Source: Chiloscyllium plagiosum
Taxonomy: Eukaryota
Assembly (NCBI RefSeq): GCF_004010195.1
Contig: NC_057719.1
Span: forward strand, 39,139,506-39,162,682
Length of the DNA stretch: 23,177 nucleotides
Direction of reading: 5' to 3'
Part shown: positions 11,320 through 21,086 of the stretch, in pieces
Layout: each line of letters begins with the position of its first letter
How positions within the stretch are numbered: the stretch's first letter is position 1
The notes under the pieces: generated by a model
What the model was told of the DNA's origin: nothing
Databases searched by the model: none
The model's input: only the letters and a program-made list of their open reading frames with translations
Translations under genes and position numbers: made by a program

Positions 11320-11384
11320 CTGTTAATATGATCTGGAAAATGCTTTCTCAAAGGATGATGAATACAGACCGTATTTTGGTCCAA

Positions 11385-11912
11385 AATAAGTGAAGTCACC
11401 ATGGTCTCAGTAGAACATAGGAATGCTGTCTGACGAGAGAGAGAGAGACAACTGGTGGGGGCTTAACCTTTGGGTCAGCACTCCCTAGGTTATAGAATCA
11501 CTACAGTGTGGAAACAGGCCCTTCAGCCCAACAAATCCACACCGACCCTCCAAACAGTAATCCACCCACACGCATTTAGCTCCCCTATTATCCTACATTT
11601 ACCCCTGACTTTTCACCTAACCTTCACATCCCTGAACACTATGCGCAATTTAGCATAGGCAATTCACCTAACTTGCACATCTTTGAATTGTAGGAGGAAA
11701 CCCACACAGACACAGAGAAAATGTGCAAACGCCACACAGACAGGCGCCCAAAGCTGGAATCGAACCTGGGTTCCTGGCGTTGTGTGACAGCAGTGCTAAC
11801 CACTGAGCCACCGTAAAGGGAGATGTTGAGAAGGAGAGCCCTCCGTGGTGACCTCAGCTTGAATTGAACCTATGCTCTTGGCATCATTGTGTCAGAAGCC
11901 AACTAACTGTGT
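11385..11912 (-). mobile_element. Older tRNA-derived SINE (second family), split by an HE1 SINE
   Basis: Reverse-complement similarity to 12487-12985 (GTTGAGAAGGAGAG vs CTCTCCTTCTCAAC; TTAACCTTTGGGTCA vs TGACCCTCAGGTTAA); B-box-like AATTGAACC. Confidence 0.6.
11491..11814 (-). mobile_element. HE1/V-SINE, near full length
   Basis: Minus strand has A box TGGCTCAGTGG and B box GGTTCGATTCC, V-domain GTGTGGCGTTTGCACATT, and CR1-like tail GGGCCTGTTTCCACACTGTAG. Confidence 0.9.
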
Positions 11913-12486
11913 AGTCAGTGATAATGGCATAGGCCTTTCCACTGAGCTCTAAATCCTGGTGTGTGATCAGAGAATCTTTCTAATCCACCTCTACTGCTGT
12001 GCAGTGCAACTGGGGAAAGTGCATGTGGAACTGAACTGATGTCAGACTGTCCAAGCAGCCAAGCACACTAAAAGATCTTCACAGACAACACCCTTCCATG
12101 CAAACACGAAACTGAAAGCAGTTTTAACACTGAACAAATTAAAGATTGAGACATATGGTTGAAAGAAAATGATAGAATATTCTGAGCAAGCATGTTTAGA
12201 ATAATATTCAAAACTTAGCTTAGTGGTTTACTTGGTTAATAGAAGTTCACAATTTTGACATTATTTTTCATCAGTTGTCCTGCTGCTGTCAAATTTTGGT
12301 GTGCAAATGCTAGTTATATCTGTCAGAGTATCTTTTGATGGGGTTCCTGAGCATTGTTTTCATTAACTCAGGCAGTGGGTGGGAGCGGGGTTGATGGGCA
12401 TGAAATAGGGCAGTATATCTACAGCCAAGTTCCCACAGTTGTCTACTGTTGTCTGTACACTGATATTGTAGCCTTGGAAGGATTAG

Positions 12487-12985
12487 TTAGCTCATTTGGC
12501 TGGGTGGCTAGTTTGCTATGTAGAGAGCACACCAATAGGGGTGGCACAGTGACTCAGTGGTTAGCACTACTGCCTCAGAGCACCAGGGACCTGGCTTTGA
12601 ATCCTCCCTCTGGTGACTATCTGCGCGGAGTTTGCATATTTTCCCCTCTGGATGCTCTGGTTTCCTCCCATAGTCCAAAGATGTGCAGGTTAAGTGGATT
12701 GGCCATGGGGATTGCAGAGTTTTAGGGATAGGGTAGGGGATGTGGGTCTGGGAAGGGATGCTCTTCAGAGGGTCAATGTGGACTAGATGGACCAAATGGC
12801 CTGCTTCTGCACTGCAGGAATTCTATGATAAGATGGATTCCATTTCCTCTGTGAAGAACTCTCCTTCTCAACTTCTTCTATTTGTGGTATGATGACCCTC
12901 AGGTTAAACCAACACCAACAGTTGTTCCTCTCTCTAATGAAACAGCCCTATGGTATGGTAGGGCTGTGACCACTTTACCTTTTAA
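12487..12985 (+). mobile_element. Older tRNA-derived SINE (second family), split by an HE1 SINE
   Basis: A-box-like TAGCTCATTTGG at 12488; body resumes at about 12830 and matches the reverse complement of 11385-11480 and 11815-11900. Confidence 0.6.
12538..12829 (+). mobile_element. HE1/V-SINE, full length with internal deletion
   Basis: GGGGTGGCACAGTGACTCAGTGGTTAGCACT head, GGTTTCCTCCCATAGTCCAAAGATGTGCAGG core, ATTCTATGAT tail. Confidence 0.9.
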
Positions 12986-13470
12986 CGACAATGAACGCTG
13001 TCAATTTACCATCAGCCTCCATGCTTCCACATCGGCCACCAAAGGCAAGTGTCCATTTAAATAACACCAAAGCAATTAGAATAAATGGAGAATAATTTTG
13101 AAGATAACGGGTGTCAGCGCTAATTTGATTACTAACACAAGCACCAATCATCTTCTGTCTAGTATTATGTCTAATTTTCTGACTTCATGTGCTCGTTTTT
13201 TTTTTCTTTCCGATGTGAAATACTACAGTAAACTTTTTATAATCCAACACCTATGGGACCAGGATTGTGCTGATTGATCAAATATTCCAGACAATCAAGA
13301 AGTCCACAAAAACAATGTAAAAACATACACTCAGTAACAGAAATGTAATGCAGGGGGTATAGACAAAACTGCTATACTTTATTTACAGCATAAATCACTT
13401 AAATAATAATGCAACTTTGCCTTAAGTAAAACTTACTGCAGACAGCCTTCTCACTCCCACCCTCAACTGA

Positions 13471-14688
13471 CACAGGTGAGGTCCTGGGTGAGCCACAGGT
13501 GAGGTCCCAGAAGACTGGAGGGTAGCGAATGTTTTGCCATTATTCAAGAAGGGCTACAAAGAAAAGCTTGGGAACTATAGACCAGTAAGCTTAACATCTG
13601 TGGTCGGTTACTTGAGAGGATTCTGAGGGACAAAATATACATTTGTTTGGAAAGACAGGGTTTGATTAGAAGTAGTTGGCATGGCTTTGTGAGTGGAAGA
13701 TCATGCTTCACAAATTTGTTAGAGTTCTTTGTTGAAGTGACCAGGAAAGTTGATAAGGGCAGGGCTGTAGATGTAGTCTTTATGGATTTCGGTAAGGTGT
13801 TTGATAAGGTTCCAGATGGCAGGCTGTTCTGGAAGGTTAGATCACATGGAATCCAAGGCAAGCTGGCAAACTGGATGCAAAATTGGCTTGATGGTAGAAA
13901 GCAGATGATAAAAAATGGAAGGATGCTTGTCGGACTGGAGGTCTGTGACCAGTGGAATGCCTCAAGGGTCGATGCTGGACCCATTACTGTTTGTTATCTA
14001 TACCAATGATTTATTTGAGAATGTATAAGGCATGGTTAGTAATTTTGCTGATGACACTGAAATAGACGGTATCGTGGACAGTGAGCAATGTTATTGGTTT
14101 AGGGCAGATGTCAGAGGTAGGTTATTTACTCAAAGAGTGGTAGGTGCGTGAAATGTACTGCCAGCAGTGGTAGTAGTGTCAGGTACATTAGGGACATTAG
14201 GGACTCTTGGATAGGCATATAGAAGATAGTACAATGAAGGGTATGTAGGTTGGTCTGACCTTAGTGTAGGATAAAAGGCCGGCACAACATCGAGGGTGAA
14301 AGAGCCTGTACTGTGCTGTACTGTTCTATGTTATCAGAAATTGCAGCAGGACCTTTATCAGCTGGGGAAGTGGGCCAAAAAAATGGCAAATGGAATTTAG
14401 TATAAATAATTGTGAGGTTTTGTATTTTGGAAATTCAAACCAAGGTAGGAGTTTCATGGTGAATGATAGACCCTAAAGGAGTGTAGTGGAACAAAGGAAT
14501 CTTGGAGTTCAGGTTCACAGTTCTCTGAGGCAGGTATATTAGTAATATTTAAAAGGCATTTGAACAAATGCATGGATAGAAATGGATTAGAAGAATATGG
14601 TCCAAGTGCAGAGAAGTGGGATTAGCATGGATGGACATTTTTGGTCAGCATGGACCAGTTTGGTCTCTGTGCTATAGGACTCTATGAT
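13471..14688 (+). mobile_element. CR1 LINE RT fragment with nested insertion and internal deletion
   Basis: TGEVPEDWRVANVLPLFKKGYKEKLGNYRPVSLTSVVG, HGFVSGRSCFTNLLEFF, VDVVFMDFGKVFDKVPDGRL, PQGSMLDPLLF, NFADDTEI; jumps at about 14526 to IFKRHLNKCMDR and ends GACTCTATGA. Confidence 0.92.
14095..14327 (+). mobile_element. Nested CR1 3' fragment from a different subfamily
   Basis: TSD ATGTTAT at 14088-14094 and 14328-14334; removing the insert restores host DSEQCYQKLQQDL; encodes LFTQRVVGA*NVLP. Confidence 0.85.
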
Positions 14689-15295
14689 TATTTGAGCATT
14701 GCAACAGATTGTGTTATTCCAGGAGACATTGACTTGAAATTTAATCAATTATTGACATTTCATGTGGCCATTTGATTGAACTACAAATATAATTACATTG
14801 AGGTAAATAAATTTTAAAAAATAACAATTTGACAGAACACAGCAAAACTTTGTGGTATTTGAGGGATATAATTTTTGCCAGTTTTCAAGAGTGCCAGTTC
14901 ATAAGATGCCGTTAAAACAACGTTTGCTGTATTTCATTTTATTTTCTCCTCTTAAGGTACAAAGACCATGCAAATCTTGCCTGTCACATGTGGACGGCTT
15001 TCAGGAGTCAGCTTTTTGATCAATGCCAGAACTTTTTTTACAAAGACTGTTGCACTGTTATTGTTAGTTTTCTCTGTTGACCTTGTCAACACTCTGACCC
15101 CTATCAATGATTTCTTTTTTTTTGACAACAATCTGCCATCCTTTGGAAACCATTTAAAATGCAGCTTTACAGTCAAAGGCCCTGTTGATGCTCCCATTTT
15201 ATAGTATTTTGCACTCTATGTTTGTATTGCCTTCTTCGTTAAAAGATACAGTAAATTTTCAATCTAGAGGAGATAAATGCTAAACATAATTCATT

Positions 15296-15415
15296 AAAAG
15301 CAAATTACTGTGGCTACTGGAGATCTGAAATAAAAAGCATAAATTGCTGGAGAAATTCAGCAGCACTGGCAGCTGCAGAAATAATCATACCAGACTAGAA
15401 ATGTTAACTTTGGTC
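15296..15415. mobile_element. Degenerate PLE pLTR-related relic
   Basis: ACTGTGGCTACTGGAGATCTGAAAT...TTGCTGGAGAAATTCAGCAG resembles 21570-21630; GAAATGTTAAC may be a decayed hammerhead 3' half. Confidence 0.45.
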
Positions 15416-16184
15416 TATATTTTGGTTAAATGTCAATTTTGTCAAGTTTCATTCCATGTGCCTTAGCAAGATTTTTTGCTGTACTGTCCCACACACCCCC
15501 TGTCCTCTAGTCCAATGCTAGCCGGATTCTACCACTTACTGTAGCTGGAAAAACTCACCACTCTTCAGCAAATTTCTCTCTAAGCTGCACAGCTGCACAC
15601 ATGCACACAGATAATCCAATGTTCCATGCATGATAATGAGTGTTGACTTCAGTTCCAGGAGTCACTGCCATGCATGAGCCTTGGAGATCGGTACTGCTGA
15701 TAAAAAAAATTCAAGGAAACGCTGCTCACCAAATAATCTGGAGAGACTGATACCATCTTTAAACCCAACTAAGCATCAACATTCCAGAGTCGCCCTTCAC
15801 GGAGTATGTAACAGCATAGCAGCCCAAAACACATGCTGCTCACAGCACATTGCTGGCATGGCTGGCACTTCCTGGCACTTGGAGATCCACTTTCTTGCCC
15901 TAATCCATATCTAGCCACCAGGTCACACAGCCCACCTATCATTATGTGTATCTCATCGACCACCCTCTCGCAGTCACCACTACGCTGTCCACAGTGCCAC
16001 TACAAACCATCACCTTATTATTGTCCAGTGAGGATTCATCACAGACAGGCAAACATTCAGGCAATTCCAAAGGTGATCCTTTTATTTACAGTCATCTGAA
16101 GAAAATACAAATAAAACATATCAAGACTCCAATTTGCCCCCTCAATGGAAACAATATACTGGCATGGCAACCAATGATTATTTT

Positions 16185-16335
16185 ACGTTCCAAGGTGATC
16201 TACTGGTGCTAGCTCTCATCTAGTGGAACTGGCTGTCAATCAGATCACTCTGACAAATGGCAAGTGAAAGCAGGAACCACAGCCCATGGTGGACACTCTC
16301 AGGACCAGGTTTGACCCGGGTTGCAGGGTATACTC
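16185..16335 (+). mobile_element. Possible very decayed Harbinger (HARBI1-like) transposase remnant
   Basis: Colinear nucleotide-level echoes of QGVIDC (TTCCAAGGTGATCTACTG), VQLV (GTGGAACTGG), SxHD..LR (CAGCCCATGGTGGACACTCTCAGG) and GYPL (AGGGTATACTCT); no clean reading frame. Confidence 0.25.
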
Positions 16336-16718
16336 TTATCCCACCCCACCCCAGAGACTCCATGTTCCCTTTTACCTTGCTCTGCTCAGACAGCCCATTT
16401 CCACTGATTCCCCCTCCCCACCCCAACACTATGTAGATACCCACCACATAGATTCCACCTGCAACTTTCTGCTTTACCTCATGAGCCCTGACATTACCAT
16501 GGTCCTGTACTCCTCTTATAGTGACCACATCACATCTAATAATCTCATGTAGCCTTCCATACCCTCCCATTCTGTCCCACTCATCCCCCTTATACGTCAT
16601 CTTTCCCTCATCACCATCCATGTCACCACATGCTTCAGTGTTTCCTTCCCAGCTTTGATTGGCACCACATCCATGACAAAACAAAAATAATGCATTGATA
16701 GGGGTCAGAGTGTTGACA

Positions 16719-17005
16719 CCATGCCTTAGGAAGGATATGCTGGGCTTGGAAAACATGGGTTAACAAGAGTAATACCTGGACTTCAGGGGTCAGGTTATAG
16801 GGCGAGATTACCCAAATTAGGCCTGTTTTCCCTAGAATTTCGAAGGTTGAGGAGTGATACGATTGAAGTCTTCAAGATATTCACAGAAAAAAACAGGATA
16901 AATAAAGACAAACTCCTTCCACTGACTGGAAATTCTCGAACGAGGGGTACAGTCTAAAATTTGGGGACATACCATTCAGGAGATGTTAGGGAGCACTTTC
17001 ACATA
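16719..17005 (+). mobile_element. CR1 LINE C-terminal fragment
   Basis: PCLRKDMLGLE...RLPKLGLFSLEFRRLRSDTIEVFKIF...SRTRGYSLK. Confidence 0.8.
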
Positions 17006-17363
17006 TAAAAATCGAATAGGAATCTGCATTTAATGAGGAAAAACACATTATTAATGAGGCTGTTAACAATTACCCTCATGAACACGGCATCTGACTGCCC
17101 CCGGTGGGAACTTCATCTTGATGCTCAGAACACCCGACCTTTCACTCCCCTCTCCCAGATTCGGCATTAGAGCCCATGTATCAGACCCCGACAAGATTCC
17201 CCCCGGTTTCTCTTTTGGACATGGCAGGCCTGCCAAATGTCTCCAGCACTTTTTGATTCGTTTTTATTTTAAATATAATTCATTCCTCTCGAATGATTTA
17301 TGTTCTGCTGTTGCTTTCGGAGATTTTTTTTCCTCTGTATATTTGGAACAGCAGACCCAGTTC

Positions 17364-17461
17364 TGAATTCCCCACGTAATTTCCCCAGACTAACCCCTCC
17401 CCTCCTTGGTGGCACTGACCAGCGGATATATATAATATAGAGCTCAGCCAGAGAGGGCTCA
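17364..17461 (+). promoter_or_regulatory. Putative Pol II core promoter with tandem NF-kappaB-like sites and TATA box
   Basis: Minus-strand GGGGAATTCA (17364-17373) and GGGGAAATTAC (17376-17386); C-rich box CCCCTCCCC; TATATATAA at 17427-17435; TCA initiator-like site about 30 nt downstream (A at 17461); locally more CpG than the rest of the window. Confidence 0.55.
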
Positions 17462-17578
17462 GAAGTGACTCAGCGCGGATACCTGGTTGGCAGCATCTGT
17501 CTGAGATCCGTTACAAAATCCAGCAAAATCCTAGCAGTGGCAGCATTGAATCCATTCTGTTGAAGACTTTGAAGTTTG
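17461..17578 (+). other. Putative non-coding first exon of an unidentified host gene
   Basis: About 118 nt with no ATG, AP-1 motif TGACTCA at 17466-17472, ending in the consensus donor TTG|GTGAGT (GT at 17579-17580). Confidence 0.5.
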
Positions 17579-18072
17579 GTGAGTAATCCGCACTGATGAA
17601 TGGGACCGTGAATCTCAAGGTTAGTTCAGGTGTAATTGTCTGGGCTGTGTTTGTGAGCCCGTTTGGGGAGAGGGGGCGGTCAATAGTTAGACGATACAAG
17701 GAAAAATGGAGCCAACATTTTACCCCCACGTCAAAATAGACACTCTGGAATCTCGCAAAGAAATAAAGCTAAACCCAAAGCGCAAAAAATATTGCCGCAA
17801 ATTCTAGTTTGAAATACCAGTCTGCTTCTAATCTTGCTGAAAATTTCCCCAATCTCCCGCAAACCCTGTTTCCTACGGCAGGGTTTCGGGATGATCGCTC
17901 TCATTCTCAGAAATGAACAAGAAGTGACAGATAACGAAAGTTAAACCGGGCATTTATATAATCAATGTATAACAGAATGGAGATGTGGGGCAGGAGGATT
18001 GTGCAAGCGGGTCCATAAGGAAAAGGCGTAAGGATTATCTACAAAATAAATAGTTGTTCTTTGTCCTGAAGA

Positions 18073-18090
18073 CCCCCCCCCCCCCCCCCC
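18073..18090. repeat. Poly-C tract (C18)
   Basis: Direct reading. Confidence 0.9.
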
Positions 18091-18371
18091 ATCCCCTCTT
18101 AAGCGGTATTCTGATTCTTTGATGTTTACAGTCTGTCCGTTCTGAACCTCTGTTGATCCCAGTTGAACGTGTGACACGGTACCCCCTACATATCGGTACT
18201 TGGCTTCTGGGGCGAGTAGGTGTCTGTCTCGAGGAGCCATGGAGCGAAAGGCTATGGGGAAGAGAGTGAGGTAACTGCTGAGAAAGAGGTCACCTCAAAG
18301 AGTGTAAGAGACAATAGAAAGGGGTGCAATCCGTTGGTATATGCTTCTGATACTACTCATAAGCACTTCAA

Positions 18372-18771
18372 ATAGAAACTTCTCAAGTTCAAAATCTCTC
18401 TCTTTTTGTCTCCCTTTCTTCCCTCTCTCTTTGCTCCGCGAAGAACCTCCACTCTTTTTCCTCTCTCTCCCCTCTTTCTCTCTCCCTCTTTTCTCTCTTT
18501 CTCTCTCTCTTTGTTTATCTTCCAACTCAATTTTCCTCAATTGTTATTTAAGTTTTTCTACCTCTACTGCACTTGGCTGTTTCTCTGACACACCTAAGTG
18601 TTTGAGTAATTCCCTTACGATTTCAGCTTTACTTTTGTCCTTGGTTAAACCCAAATCTAACTTATTTGCTAATTCTAGAAGTATGACCTTTTTCTTTCCT
18701 TCTAAACTTTCTTGGCAAATTTAAGAATTATATTCAAATCCCAGAACCTCTTCAGGAATTTTAAGAGCCAT
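18372..18771 (-). mobile_element. Gypsy (Gmr1-type) gag N-terminal remnant
   Basis: ATG at 18771: MALKIPEEVLGFEYNS*ICQESLEGKKKVILLELANKLDLGLTKDKSKAEIVRELLKHL...EKLK*QLRKIELEDKQRERERE...ERDFELEKF; charged coiled coil typical of these gags; lies about 170 nt downstream of a PBS. Confidence 0.7.
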
Positions 18772-18942
18772 TTCTCTTACTTTTAATTTAATCAACCACA
18801 AGTCACCGAAATTTAAGAAATTGTCTCACTTACATTTTATTTAAAGATCTAGGACACTAACCTGCAAGTGTTTAAATCTGCTGGGAGTTTTTGTGCCCCC
18901 AAATCTATTCAAATCTGTCTAAAACATTCAAATCACCGACCT

Positions 18943-19010
18943 GAGCCCCCAAACTGTTATGGCACAGAGTAAACTCTCCTGCTAAATTTAAAACCAGCAA
19001 CACAGAAAAG
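18943..19010 (-). promoter_or_regulatory. LTR 3'-terminal stub and tRNA-Pro-like primer binding site
   Basis: Minus strand ...TGCCATAACA-GTT-TGGGGGCTC: LTR-type CA end at 18955, then a 9-nt match to the tRNA-Pro PBS TGGGGGCTCGTCCGGGAT. Confidence 0.65.
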
Positions 19011-20080
19011 ATTACGTTCTTATGACCCACAACATGTATGCTTTTAAAAGTAAAAGTCTGTAACATAAGACTCCAGCAAAATAGTCTCATAATCTTGTCT
19101 TTAAAGCAATCTAAGAATGTAAGCAGATTGTGATCCATGTACACATTTATCTCCAACACCTTGTTCATGATATACACATTAAAATGCTGTAAGGCCAGTA
19201 CCAAACTCAATAGGTTCATATTTGATTGTGAAGTATTTCCCCTGGTGGATGTTGATATTCTTCAAAAAGTAACCAACTGGCAGTTCAAACCCATCCTCAT
19301 CTTCCTGTAGGAGTACAGCTCCAACTCCAGTGTCACTAACATCAATGGCAAATTTAAAAGGTTTTGAAAATTTTCATGTAGCTAAAACTGGTTTGGTGGT
19401 TAATATGGCTTTCAAATGGTCGAATGCCTCCTGGCATGGTGCTGACAACTGAAACTTTGTGTTCTTCTTCAGCAAATTGGTTAAGGTGCCACTACACTGC
19501 TGAAGTTTGGAACAAACTTCCGATAGAATCTGCTGAGTCCGAAGAATCGAAGCACCTCTTTCTTTGAGGTTGGTCATGGAAATTCCTTGGTGGCCTTCGT
19601 CTTTGCGTTCCATGGGGTCAACCTTCTATGACTGATGTTATGCCCCAAGAACGTCACCTCTGCTTTCGCGAATTCAGTTTTATTTAAGTTTATCACCAGT
19701 TTTGCTTCTCTTAGTCATTCAAAGAGCTCTGCCAACTGTACCATATCGTCTTCCCAGGACTTAGTAAAGATCACTACATCGTCCAAATAGACTGCACAGT
19801 TTGTTAACCCAGTCACAATTCTGTTCATGAGTCTTTGAAATGAGGCAGGTGCGTTCTTCATTCCAAAGGGCATCACTTTAAACGGATATAGCCCATTTGG
19901 GGTTACAAATGCAGAAATGTCTTTTGCCATCTCTGATAAAGATACCTGCCAGTAACTACGCTTTAAGTCCAACTTGGTGATGTAACTGGTTTGTGCAACT
20001 TTCTCAATAGAACCCTCCAATCTAGGAATTGGATTTGAGTCCGATTTTGTAACAGCATTGACCTTCCGATAATCTATGTA

Positions 20081-20387
20081 GCCTTGTGGCTGTTTCAGTG
20101 GTTAGCACTGCTGCCTCTCAGCACCAGGGTCCCAGGTTCGATTCCAGCCTCGGGTGACTGTCTGTGTGGAGTTTGCATGTTCTCCCCATGTCTGTGTGGG
20201 TTTCCTCCGGGTGCTCCGGTTTCCTCCCATAGTCCAAAGATGTGTGGGTCAGGTGAATTGGCTATGTTAAGTTGCCCATAGTGTTAGGTGCATTAGTCAG
20301 AGGGAAATGGGTATGGGTAGGTTACTCTTCAGAGGGTCGGTGTGGACTTGTTGGGCCGAAGGGCCTGTTTCCACACTGTAGGGAATC
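20081..20387 (+). mobile_element. HE1/V-SINE inserted in the Gypsy RT
   Basis: CAGTGGTTAGCACT head, B box GGTTCGATTCC, V-domain, tail GGGCCGAAGGGCCTGTTTCCACACTGTAGGGAATC. Confidence 0.92.
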
Positions 20388-20607
20388 AAATTGTTGAGTC
20401 CTGTCTAGTTTGGGAACTAAGACAATCGACGAACTCCACTCGCTCTGGCTTGGTTTGATGATGTCCTCATTGAGCATGGCTTCTACCTCCTTCAGGACCT
20501 GACTGCTTTGAGAGGATTAAGCCAATAGGATGTTGTTTTATCAGAGCAGTAATTCCTATGTCTACTTCATGTACAATAGCATTAGTACTCCCATCAAATG
20601 CCCTTAT

Positions 20608-20823
20608 TTAGATTAGATTAGATTAGATTAGATTAGATTAGATTAGATTTAGATTAGATTACAGTGTGGAAACAGGCCCAACAAGTCCACACCGACCCGC
20701 CGAAGCGAAACCCACCCATACCCCTACATTTACCCCTTACCTAACACTACGGGCAATTTAGTATGGCCAATTCACCTGACCCTGCACATCTTTGGATGGT
20801 GGGAGGAAACCGGAGCACCCAGA
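20608..20823 (-). mobile_element. 5'-truncated HE1/V-SINE with (TCTAA)n tail
   Basis: (TTAGA) about 10 copies at 20608-20659, followed by the reverse complement of the SINE 3' half. Confidence 0.9.
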
Positions 20824-21086
20824 GAGTAACAAATCTTTCAACTACATCCTATGCTCCTGAGATATATAACTTACATATATATCCCACTCCTCAAGAATAT
20901 CTTCATTTTTTAAATCTATTTTGAGGCACATCAAAATCCACATTATCTGGATTTGATTCCTCACCCTGCGGGCCAGTAACTAACACCTGTTTCTCCAGTT
21001 CTTTCTCTCTATTATAATACAGTATCAACATGTTCACATGACATACCTAATACCTTTTTTTTCTATTTGGCATCATTTCTAGATAG

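Larger units (their letters stand above)
13226..14929. mobile_element. Probable Tigger/pogo-type (Tc1/mariner) non-autonomous DNA transposon, split by CR1
   Basis: TA|CAGTAAAC...AATCCAACAC at the left end and GATGCCGTTAAAACAACGTTTGCTG|TA at the right; TA dinucleotides at 13224-13225 and 14930-14931; subterminal TGCCAG repeats; TIRs diverged. Confidence 0.45.
15084..16718. repeat. Perfect 26-bp inverted repeat pair (about 45 bp with mismatches) flanking 1.6 kb
   Basis: TGTCAACACTCTGACCCCTATCAATG at 15084-15109 and its exact reverse complement at 16693-16718; imperfect extension inward. Confidence 0.85.

Noticed and set aside
11915..12090. Possible ancient SINE remnant
   Set aside because: Too diverged to identify promoter boxes or family by eye
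12538..12610. tRNA-like sequences here and at about 11750-11814 and 20090-20145
   Set aside because: These are SINE heads continuous with the V-domain and LINE-like tail, not tRNA genes
15990..16120. Minus-strand acceptor followed by 81 nt of open frame (MTVNKGSPLELPECLPVCDESSLDNNK) and GTGATG
   Set aside because: Weak donor, no recognisable domain, and it lies among probable transposon relics
16687..16705. TAATGCATTGATAGGGGT resembles mature miR-155
   Set aside because: Lacks several central bases and the full seed, and has no precursor hairpin; it is part of the inverted repeat
16220..16756. Longest ORF in the track (178 aa, minus)
   Set aside because: Gly-rich read-through of a C-rich repeat strand that starts in antisense CR1; not a credible gene
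18170..18371. TGTGACAC as a possible LTR terminus beyond the gag break
   Set aside because: Does not match the LTR stub at 18955 (TGTTATGG), and no partner end or TSD was found
20608..20659. (TTAGA)n as telomere-like or CRISPR-like repeat
   Set aside because: It is the simple-repeat 3' tail of a minus-strand SINE; not TTAGGG and has no spacers
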